Shown: positions 56,409 through 64,000 of the stretch, piece after piece
Numbering within the stretch: position 1 is the stretch's first letter
Layout: the number at the start of each line of letters is the position of its first letter
From: Armatimonadota bacterium
GTDB lineage: Bacteria > Armatimonadota > SYMT01
Direction of reading: 5' to 3'
Length of the DNA: 64,000 nt
NCBI GenBank assembly: GCA_041690135.1
Contig: JAWLHY010000002.1
Coordinates: 880,342-944,341 of the forward strand
The notes under the pieces: model-generated
What the model was told of the DNA's origin: nothing
The model's input: the letters and a program-made list of their open reading frames with translations, nothing else
The model's database searches: none
Position numbers and translations under genes: made by a program

Positions 56409-57281
56409 TTGAGTGGAATAAGCGGTAAGACGCAAGTTTTCTGCGTGTTGGGTCACCCGATTGCGCATTCGCTCTCGCCCGCGATGCAGAACGCGGCGCT
56501 CGCCCGGATGGGCATCGACGGGGTTTACGTGGCTTTCGACGTGGCGCCGGAGAACTTGCCGGAGGCGGTGGCCGGTTTGCAGGCGTTGGGAGTGCGCGGA
56601 GTCAACTGCACCATTCCGCATAAGCTGGCGCTGTTGTCCCTAGTAGACGAACTGTCCGACGAGGCGGCATTCATCGGCGCGGCGAACACCCTGGTGTTCC
56701 GGGATGGGAAGCGGTACGGCTACAACACGGACGCTTCCGGATTCCTTGCGGCTCTGCGGGCCGAAGGCGTCGATCCGGCCGGACGGCGGGCGGTGGTGCT
56801 AGGAGCGGGGGGCGCGGCTCGTGCCGTGCTGGTGGCTTTGGGACGGGCGGGCGCCCAAATAACGGTGGCAAATCGCACCTTGGGGCGAGCCCAGGAATTA
56901 GCAGCGGATTTGAATCGTAAATTAGGTGCAGGGCCGGAGGTGCAGGCGGTTCCGATGTGCGAAGAGGCTCTTGGGCCGGCGTTGCGGAAGGCCGATCTTC
57001 TGGTCAACACCACTTCGGCAGGGATGAGCCCGCGGGGGGATGAAATGCCTCCGGTGCCGCTCGATGCGGTTCACCCCGGGCTTTTTGTTTACGATCTGAT
57101 TTACAACCCTCTCGAAACGCGGTTGCTCCGGGAAGCCCGGCTCCGCGGCGCGCGAGGGACCCACGGAGCGGGGATGCTGGCTCACCAGGGCGCCCAGGCG
57201 CTGGAGCTCTGGACCGGGCAGCCCGCCCCGGCGGAATTGATGGAGCGGGTGATCTTGGAGAGCCTGGCGGAGCGGTGCTGA
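56409..57281 (+). CDS. aroE: Shikimate dehydrogenase
   Basis: GHPIAHSLSPAMQN, NCTIPHK, AANT, NTD, GAGGAARA, DLIYNP, MLAHQG. Confidence 0.95.
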   Translation: MSGISGKTQVFCVLGHPIAHSLSPAMQNAALARMGIDGVYVAFDVAPENLPEAVAGLQALGVRGVNCTIPHKLALLSLVDELSDEAAFIGAANTLVFRDGKRYGYNTDASGFLAALRAEGVDPAGRRAVVLGAGGAARAVLVALGRAGAQITVANRTLGRAQELAADLNRKLGAGPEVQAVPMCEEALGPALRKADLLVNTTSAGMSPRGDEMPPVPLDAVHPGLFVYDLIYNPLETRLLREARLRGARGTHGAGMLAHQGAQALELWTGQPAPAELMERVILESLAERC

Positions 57282-57396
57282 ACGCGCCGGGACCAGGATG
57301 GATGGTTCCTTTGTAGATTGCTGGTCGTGCGGGCGGAGATTCTACGCCCGCGTCAACGGCTTTCGACGATACGTGTTCGTGAGGATGCGGTAAGCC

Positions 57397-59166
57397 ATGG
57401 CCCAAATGATGCGCAAAGATATCGGCGACCTGCTCTTCCAGGGGAAAGTGATCACCCAGGAGCAGCTGGTTCAGGCTCGCGAGATGCAGAGCAAGACCGG
57501 GCAGGACCTGGCCGAGGTGCTCAAGGAGAACTTCCAGGTCAGCGCGTGGCACATCCTCACCGCCCGCGGCTACATGGCGGGGATGAAGGCGATCGACCTC
57601 GAAAAGAACCCGCCGGACCCGAGCTGCCTCAATCTCATTCAGCCGCGGATCGCCAACCTCCACAAGATCATCCCCGTGATGAAGACGGCCCAGAACGGCC
57701 AGAACATCCTGATCGTGGCGCTGGCCGACCCGAATAACCTGATGGCGCTCGACGATGTCCAGCAGGCCACCCGGATCAAGCCGCAGCCGGTGCTGGCCGA
57801 CGCAAAGCAGGTCGAGGCGCTCCTCAAAAAGCATTACGACACCGCCCAGGAGACGGCGCCCGTGCCCGCGGAGAAGAGCGCCGCGCCGGCCGAGCCCGCC
57901 GGGAGCGGCATTGCCGACATCACCAAGGCGATCGGCGAAATGGGGGACTACGACACGGAGGCCATCGCGGACGGCGACGACTCCGAGGTGGTCCAGGGCC
58001 CCGTCATGCGCATCGCGCACTCCATTATCCAGGAAGCGGTGAAGGCGGGAGCCTCCGACATCCATATCGAGCCGGGAGCGCGCAACGTCCGGATTCGCTA
58101 TCGCGTGGACGGCGTGCTTCACGAAGTGATGACCCTGCCCCGCTACGTTCACCCGCCGCTCAGCTCCCGCTACAAGATCATGGCGGAAATGAACATCGCC
58201 GAGCGCCGCGTGCCGCAGGACGGTCGTATCGGGATCAACTACCAGAACAAAGACTACGACCTCCGCGTGAGCTGTCTCCCGACGCTGATGGGTGAGAAGA
58301 TCGTTATGCGTATCCTCGATAAGGGGAACGTTATGATCGGTCTCAACAAGCTGGGCTTCTTCCCGGACACCATGACCCAGCTCGAGCGGCTCTTTACCCA
58401 GCCGAACGGAATGCTCCTGGTGACGGGGCCTACCGGGGCCGGAAAGTCCACCACCCTCTACTCGGTGCTCAACCGGATCAACTCCGTCGAGCGGAACATT
58501 ATGACCGTCGAAGACCCGGTGGAATACCAGCTCCCCGGTATCAGCCAGGTCGCCGTGCTCCGCAAAGCGGGTTTGACTTTCGCCACCGCGCTCCGCTCCT
58601 TCATGCGCCAGGACCCCGACATCATCATGGTGGGTGAAATCCGCGACCTGGAAACGGCGGAAATGGCCATCCAGGCCTCCCTCACCGGCCACCTCGTGCT
58701 CTCCACCCTCCACACGAACGACGCTCCTTCCAGCGTAACCCGTCTCGTGGACATGGGGGTGGAACCGTTCCTGGTTTCCGCGACCCTCATCGGGGCCCTC
58801 GCCCAGCGCCTGGGACGCCGCATCTGCGAGAACTGCAAGGAGCAGTATGAAGTGGACGCGGTGGAGATCGCCAACCTCGGCTATAAGCCCGAGGACCCGT
58901 CGGAGAAGCTGCAACTCTGGCGCGGGCGCGGCTGCGAGAAGTGCCGCTACACCGGTTACAAGGGCCGCATCGGCATCTACGAGATGATGACCGTGAACGC
59001 CGACGTGGCCGAAATGGTCGTGCGGCGCGCGCCCGTTTCCGAGGTACGGAACGCGGCGCGGGCGAACGGAATGAAGACCCTCCAGGAAGACGGCCTCCGG
59101 AAAGTCCTGGCGGGCATCACCACTCCCGAAGAGATCCAGCGCGTCGTCTTCACCGGCGGCCACTAA
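57397..59166 (+). CDS. pilB: Type IV pilus assembly ATPase
   Basis: ASDIHIEP, RVDGVL, PQDGR, GPTGAGKST, EDPVE, RQDPDIIMVGEIRD, Zn CxxC pairs. Confidence 0.93.
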   Translation: MAQMMRKDIGDLLFQGKVITQEQLVQAREMQSKTGQDLAEVLKENFQVSAWHILTARGYMAGMKAIDLEKNPPDPSCLNLIQPRIANLHKIIPVMKTAQNGQNILIVALADPNNLMALDDVQQATRIKPQPVLADAKQVEALLKKHYDTAQETAPVPAEKSAAPAEPAGSGIADITKAIGEMGDYDTEAIADGDDSEVVQGPVMRIAHSIIQEAVKAGASDIHIEPGARNVRIRYRVDGVLHEVMTLPRYVHPPLSSRYKIMAEMNIAERRVPQDGRIGINYQNKDYDLRVSCLPTLMGEKIVMRILDKGNVMIGLNKLGFFPDTMTQLERLFTQPNGMLLVTGPTGAGKSTTLYSVLNRINSVERNIMTVEDPVEYQLPGISQVAVLRKAGLTFATALRSFMRQDPDIIMVGEIRDLETAEMAIQASLTGHLVLSTLHTNDAPSSVTRLVDMGVEPFLVSATLIGALAQRLGRRICENCKEQYEVDAVEIANLGYKPEDPSEKLQLWRGRGCEKCRYTGYKGRIGIYEMMTVNADVAEMVVRRAPVSEVRNAARANGMKTLQEDGLRKVLAGITTPEEIQRVVFTGGH

Positions 59167-59183
59167 GTTAAAGGAGATCGGTC

Positions 59184-60461
59184 TTGTCGCAACAGCCATT
59201 CCAGCCGGGGCAGGGGATGCCCCAGGGTCAGCCGACCGCCGGTGTTCCGGGGCAGCCGGGAGCCGTACCCGGTCAGCAGCAGCCGGGTGTCCAGCCGACC
59301 TACGCGCAGCCTAAGCCCGCCGCGCCGAAGGTGCTCCCGCTCGAAGAGGCCCACATCGACGACCTGCTCCGGCTGGTGGTCGAATGGAAGGGCTCCGACC
59401 TCCATATGACGGTCGGCGTTCCCCCCGTCATCCGCACGGACGGCGCTCTCCAGCCGACGCCCTACGAGCGCCTCACGCCGCAGGTGGCACAGCGGATGTG
59501 CTACGACATCCTTACCGACGAGCAGATCCAGCGGTTCGAAAGCACGCTGGAGCTGGACTTCTCCTACCAGGTGCCCCGGCTCGCCCGCTTCCGCGTGAAT
59601 ATCTTCAAGGAGCGCGGCAACCTGGCGGCGGCCCTCCGGCGGATCCCCCAGGTCATTCCCACCCTCGAAGAGCTGGCGCTGCCCAACATTCTGAAAGAGA
59701 TCGCGCACAAGCCGCGCGGCCTCATCCTCGTGTGCGGCCCGACGGGATCTGGGAAGTCCACCACGCTGGCGGCCATGATCAACGAGATCAACACCACCCG
59801 CAGCGAGCACATCCTGACCATCGAGGACCCGATCGAATTCGTCCACCCGCACAAGTACAGCGTGGTGGCCCAGCGCGAGTTGGGAATGGACACGCGGAGC
59901 TTTTCGGCCGCTCTGAAATCCGCTCTTCGCGAAGACCCGGACGTGATCCTCGTCGGGGAAATGCGAGACATGGAGACGATGCAGTTGGCCGTCTCCGCGG
60001 CGGAAACCGGCCACCTCGTCTTCGCCACCCTGCACACCAACAGCGCCGCCCAAACCGTGGACCGCATCGTCGACGTCTTCCCGCCGGGGCAGCAGGGGCA
60101 GATCCGCACCCAGCTCTCCAACAACCTGGAAGCGGTGATCGTGCAGCAGCTTTTGCGCAAATCCAACCAGCCGGGCCGCGTTTGCGCCCTGGAGATCATG
60201 GCCGCCTCCCCGGCTATTCGGAACCTGATTCGCGAAGGCAAGTCGCACCAGATCAACTCCATGATCCAGATCAGCAACAACCTGGGCATGCAAACGATGG
60301 ACCAGTGCCTCCGGGATCTTTACGCCAAGGGCCTGATCACTTACGATGATGCCATCGCCCGCGCGATGCAGCCGGAAGAGTTGAAGAAGATGATCAGCGG
60401 CGGCGCCACGATGGTGCCGGGTGCCCCCGGCGCGGGCAGCGGACAGCACGGCGGTCACTAG
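59184..60461 (+). CDS. pilT: Type IV pilus retraction ATPase
   Basis: GSDLH, GPTGSGKSTTLA, EDPIE, REDPDVILVGEMRD, AIRNLIRE. Confidence 0.95.
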   Translation: MSQQPFQPGQGMPQGQPTAGVPGQPGAVPGQQQPGVQPTYAQPKPAAPKVLPLEEAHIDDLLRLVVEWKGSDLHMTVGVPPVIRTDGALQPTPYERLTPQVAQRMCYDILTDEQIQRFESTLELDFSYQVPRLARFRVNIFKERGNLAAALRRIPQVIPTLEELALPNILKEIAHKPRGLILVCGPTGSGKSTTLAAMINEINTTRSEHILTIEDPIEFVHPHKYSVVAQRELGMDTRSFSAALKSALREDPDVILVGEMRDMETMQLAVSAAETGHLVFATLHTNSAAQTVDRIVDVFPPGQQGQIRTQLSNNLEAVIVQQLLRKSNQPGRVCALEIMAASPAIRNLIREGKSHQINSMIQISNNLGMQTMDQCLRDLYAKGLITYDDAIARAMQPEELKKMISGGATMVPGAPGAGSGQHGGH

Positions 60462-60508
60462 GTTAGGGCCGGGCGGCGAGTGCCCGGCAGATACACGGAG
60501 AGATACCT

Positions 60509-61756
60509 ATGCCTACCTTCCAGTACGTGGTCCGGGACCAGGCCGGCAAGGAGAAGAAGGGCGTCAAAGAGGCGGAAAGCCAGGGCGCGCTGGTGCGGAT
60601 GCTGCGGGAACAGGGTTTCACCGTCAAGAGCATCAAGCAGACCAAGGGCGCCGCGGGTACGGCGAAGAAGTCCGCGCCGCCGCGGGGCGGGGTGAAGCTG
60701 ACCGAGCTCTCCGTCTTCTGTCGCCAGTTCTCGACCATGGTGGACGCCGGCGTTTCGCTCGTGCGGTGTCTCTCCGTGCTCCAGGAGCAGTCGCAGAACC
60801 CCAAGCTCCGGCGGATCGTGGCGGATATCCAGGCCGAGGTGGAAGGGGGGAACACCCTCTCCAAGGCCATGGCCAAGTACCCGCGCGTCTTCAACAACCT
60901 GTTCATCGGCCTGGTGAAGGCGGGAGAGGTCGGCGGTGTGCTGGAAGAAAGTCTCCAGCGTCTCTCGCACTTCCTGGAAAAGGACGTGGAGCTCCGCCGC
61001 AAGGTGAAGTCCGCCATGACCTACCCGGTCATCGTTATGGTCGTGGCGGTGCTCATCGTCGTCGGTCTCGTCACCTTCATCCTGCCCAAGTTCTTCAAGC
61101 TGTTCGAGGAACTGGGGGTGAAGGAATTCCCGGCGATGACCCTCTTCCTGAAGCAGGCCTCCGACTTCTTGACCATGGGCTTCCCCACCCGCCAGATCGT
61201 GATCGGCATTGTGGTGTCGCTGCTGGTCGTCGGTTTCAAGATGTTCGTCCGCACCAAGTTCGGCAAGCGGGTCTATGACCGTTTCAAGCTGAAGGTGCCG
61301 GTGTTCGGCAGCCTGAACCACAAGATCGCCCTGGCGCGCTTCTCCCGCACGCTCGGCACGCTCCTGGTCTCCGGTGTTCCCATCCTTCAAGCTCTGGAGA
61401 CGGTGGCCGGAACCGTCGATAATGACATCCTGGCCGACTCGATCATGCACGCCCGAGCCCGCATTCGGGAAGGGGACCGGATCGGGGATCCGCTGAAGAA
61501 GAGCGGCCTCTTCCCACCGATGGTGGTCCAGATGATCAGCATCGGGGAGGAGTCCGGCGCGCTCGACTCGATGTTGACCAAGGTCGCCGAGTTCTATGAA
61601 TCGGAAGTGGACGCCGCGCTGGAAAGCTTGACCGCCGCCATCGAACCGGTCATGATCGTCTTCCTGGGTGGCTGCGTCGGCTTCATCGTTGTCGCCATGT
61701 TCATGCCGATGGTCAGCATCATCCAGAACCTGTCCGGCGGCGGTGGCGAAGAGTAG
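60509..61756 (+). CDS. pilC: Type IV pilus platform protein
   Basis: RQFSTMVDAG, AGEVGGVL, AMTYP, GEESGALD, IEP motifs. Confidence 0.95.
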   Translation: MPTFQYVVRDQAGKEKKGVKEAESQGALVRMLREQGFTVKSIKQTKGAAGTAKKSAPPRGGVKLTELSVFCRQFSTMVDAGVSLVRCLSVLQEQSQNPKLRRIVADIQAEVEGGNTLSKAMAKYPRVFNNLFIGLVKAGEVGGVLEESLQRLSHFLEKDVELRRKVKSAMTYPVIVMVVAVLIVVGLVTFILPKFFKLFEELGVKEFPAMTLFLKQASDFLTMGFPTRQIVIGIVVSLLVVGFKMFVRTKFGKRVYDRFKLKVPVFGSLNHKIALARFSRTLGTLLVSGVPILQALETVAGTVDNDILADSIMHARARIREGDRIGDPLKKSGLFPPMVVQMISIGEESGALDSMLTKVAEFYESEVDAALESLTAAIEPVMIVFLGGCVGFIVVAMFMPMVSIIQNLSGGGGEE

Positions 61757-61786
61757 CACGCCGTATGTTTCGAGTCGCTTGACTTC

Positions 61787-63268
61787 ATGTCGTTTGACTT
61801 CTGGACTGCTTACTGGACCTTCACGGCGTTCGTTTTCGGGGCAATCGTCGGCAGCTTTCTCAATGTCTGCGTCTGGCGGTTGCCCCGCAACGAGTCCTTG
61901 AGCGATCCCCCCTCGCATTGCCCGGCCTGCAACCACCGGCTGGCCTTCTTCCCGGATATGGTGCCGCTGCTTAGCCAGCTCTGGTACCGTTCCCGCTGCC
62001 GGCACTGCGGCACGCACTTCTCGTGGCGCTACTTCTGGGTCGAGCTGTTCACGGCTTCGACCTTTGCCGCGCTTTACCTGCGCTACGTGGTCTACAGCCC
62101 GGCGCTGAACCTGGGCGAAACGGAGCGCACCTGGTCCGCCATCTGCGCGATGACCTTCGCGGCGGCCCTCATCACGATCTTCTTCATCGACCTCGAGCAT
62201 TACGAGATTCCCGATGTGGCGGTGATCGTCGCCGTCGGTGCGGCTGTCGCCAAGGATGCGATCCTGATCTGGAAGGGGGAGCGCCCGCTCTGGTTTCCCG
62301 TTCCGGGCACCACCGTGGAAGTGCCGTTACCGCTTTCCATCCTCGCCGGCCTGCTGGCGCTCTGGATGCTCTGGCAGTTTGCCGCCCTCTGCACGGCCCT
62401 CCTCGGGCGTGAAGCAATGGGCGCCGGAGATTCCCTGCTGCTGGGAGCCATGGGGGCGTTCCTGATTCCGTGGCCGCTCGCGGTGCTGGCATTTATGATC
62501 GCCATTTTCCTCGGCGCTACGGGGGGAGTGCTGGGAATCTGGTTCGCCAATCGCCAGGCTGCGGCGGCGGTAGCCGCTTCTCCCGGAGCAGGCGCCACGG
62601 ACCCGGGCCTCTCCGGTGATCCGGCGGCTCACGGCCCCGCGGAGGCCCCGCTGTACCATCAGCAGGAGGAGGTGGCAGCTTCCGCGGCGGAAGACTCCCT
62701 GGCGGGTGGGCGGGCGCCCTCCGCGGTGGCCAGTGAATCCCGGCCGCTTCCGCGCGAAACCGCCCCGGGCGCCGCCGGAATCCTCGACGGCTCGCATCGC
62801 GGCGCGGTGCCGGTCGGCGGCGACGCGGGCGAGGCACACCCGGCCCCGGCTGGCGAACCCGAGAACGGGGAACCGGAAGTGCCCGGTTTACCGTCAGATA
62901 GCCGTTGGGGACGCCTCTGGACCGTTCTGGGTACCTGGGTCGCGATCTTTGCCCTCTGGGGTGGCATCTACCTGTCCGAGCGGAGCCTTCCGCTGGGTCT
63001 CGGGGCCGGGGTGGCGGGTGGGTTGGTCGCGGCGGCGCTGCTGGTGTTCGGGGTCCGCCAGTGGGTGCGCGGGGACCAGGAGTGGTTGCCCGCGATGGAC
63101 GAGTTTTTCGAGGAAGGGGATCCCGGTCCCCGGTTCATACCTTTCGGGCCGTACCTGGTGGCGGGGACGCTGATCGCCATGCTGATCGGGCGTCCGCTCA
63201 TCGAGTTTTATGTGACGAACGTGATGATGCTGCCCCCAAGCATCCTTGCCGGTCTCAACTGGGACTAA
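61787..63268 (+). CDS. pilD: Prepilin peptidase / N-methyltransferase with a large insertion
   Basis: GSFLNVCVWRLP, SHCPAC, CRHC, FIDLEH, MGAGD, IPFGPYL. Confidence 0.92.
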   Translation: MSFDFWTAYWTFTAFVFGAIVGSFLNVCVWRLPRNESLSDPPSHCPACNHRLAFFPDMVPLLSQLWYRSRCRHCGTHFSWRYFWVELFTASTFAALYLRYVVYSPALNLGETERTWSAICAMTFAAALITIFFIDLEHYEIPDVAVIVAVGAAVAKDAILIWKGERPLWFPVPGTTVEVPLPLSILAGLLALWMLWQFAALCTALLGREAMGAGDSLLLGAMGAFLIPWPLAVLAFMIAIFLGATGGVLGIWFANRQAAAAVAASPGAGATDPGLSGDPAAHGPAEAPLYHQQEEVAASAAEDSLAGGRAPSAVASESRPLPRETAPGAAGILDGSHRGAVPVGGDAGEAHPAPAGEPENGEPEVPGLPSDSRWGRLWTVLGTWVAIFALWGGIYLSERSLPLGLGAGVAGGLVAAALLVFGVRQWVRGDQEWLPAMDEFFEEGDPGPRFIPFGPYLVAGTLIAMLIGRPLIEFYVTNVMMLPPSILAGLNWD

Positions 63269-63331
63269 CACCAGGAACAATCCGCGGTTATCAAACGTCT
63301 GCCAACAGGAAATCCTTTTCGGAGGTCAACG

Positions 63332-64000
63332 ATGCACCAGCCAGCCCCGCAACGTCGCACTCGGCGGCGCGGCTTTACCCTCATCGAGTTGCTCACCGTC
63401 ATCGCCATCATCGCGGTTCTGGCCGGCCTGCTCCTGCCCGTGTTCGCGTCGGTCCGCGAGAATGCCCGGCAGGGCTCTTGCATGTCGAACATGAAGGCCA
63501 TCATCCAGGGCCTCAAGATGTACCGCGACGACAACCGCGGCGTCTGCCCCGAGGCGCTCTACGGAGCGGCCAGCGCGGGCCGGCCCTTCGAAACCCGTCT
63601 CTATCCGGCCTACGTGAAGGATGAACCGAGCTTCGTCTGCCCGAACAGCCCCGTCAAGCTCGCCAAGCCGGGCACCTGGAGCGCCGTCATCCCGACGAAC
63701 TACACGCCGCCGACCCCAACGCCGGCTCCGGTGGCTATGGCTCCGTTCAGCAGCTACGACTTCCAGTACCGGACTCCCGCGATCATGGAGCTTCACTACA
63801 GCCGGAAGTGGACGGCCCCCGCAGCGACGGGTCTCAGCGACGACCGGCGCCAGCTCTACTATCGCGAGCCGCCGGACAACACCGTGGTGAGCTGGTGTCT
63901 CTACCACGCGGAGATGGACCGCTCCACCGGCGCGGTGAAGCCCGGCAAGATGGCGATGGTCCTGTTCTGGGACGGCCGCGTGCAGAAGATCGCCGCGGAC
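63332..64000 (+). CDS. Prepilin-type N-terminal cleavage/methylation protein (DUF1559/H-X9-DG-like); runs off the window
   Basis: GGAGG RBS; RRRGFTLIELLTVIAIIAVLAGLLLPVFASVRENARQGSCMSNMK; LFWDGRV near the end. Confidence 0.9.
   Translation, partial: MHQPAPQRRTRRRGFTLIELLTVIAIIAVLAGLLLPVFASVRENARQGSCMSNMKAIIQGLKMYRDDNRGVCPEALYGAASAGRPFETRLYPAYVKDEPSFVCPNSPVKLAKPGTWSAVIPTNYTPPTPTPAPVAMAPFSSYDFQYRTPAIMELHYSRKWTAPAATGLSDDRRQLYYREPPDNTVVSWCLYHAEMDRSTGAVKPGKMAMVLFWDGRVQKIAAD

Overview
GC-rich bacterial chromosome window. The SLH-stalk-porin gene, the prepilin/H-X9-DG-type gene and overall gene style suggest Armatimonadota, but that assignment is inference. The left third (1672-24825) is a ~23 kb integrative element inserted at the 3' end of tRNA-Ser(TGA). 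It is bounded by 55-bp direct repeats and GTTATAC arm-type repeats. It encodes a tyrosine integrase, an excisionase-like HTH, and a self-contained replicon (putative initiator with three 22-bp-period iterons, a short DnaB-type helicase, and a Zn-finger/Toprim primase). It also carries a Vsr + C5-methyltransferase + McrBC-like restriction locus, surface cargo, and a striking candidate single-stranded-DNA (Frpo-like) promoter hairpin upstream of a SWIM-finger gene. I see no capsid, terminase, relaxase or T4SS genes in it. The rest is mostly core genome: DUF1015, ribokinase, two PpiC/SurA-type foldases, gyrA, a sensor kinase, an OmpM/SlpA-like protein with a collagen insert, an LptD-like protein, tdk, aroE, pilB-pilT-pilC-pilD and a pilin. 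It also holds a three-gene GAP1-N2/TRAFAC-GTPase conflict-type operon with an unusual triple-repeat partner, and a highly structured ~450-nt intergenic region that may be an ncRNA. All family calls come from reading motifs by eye; no searches were run.
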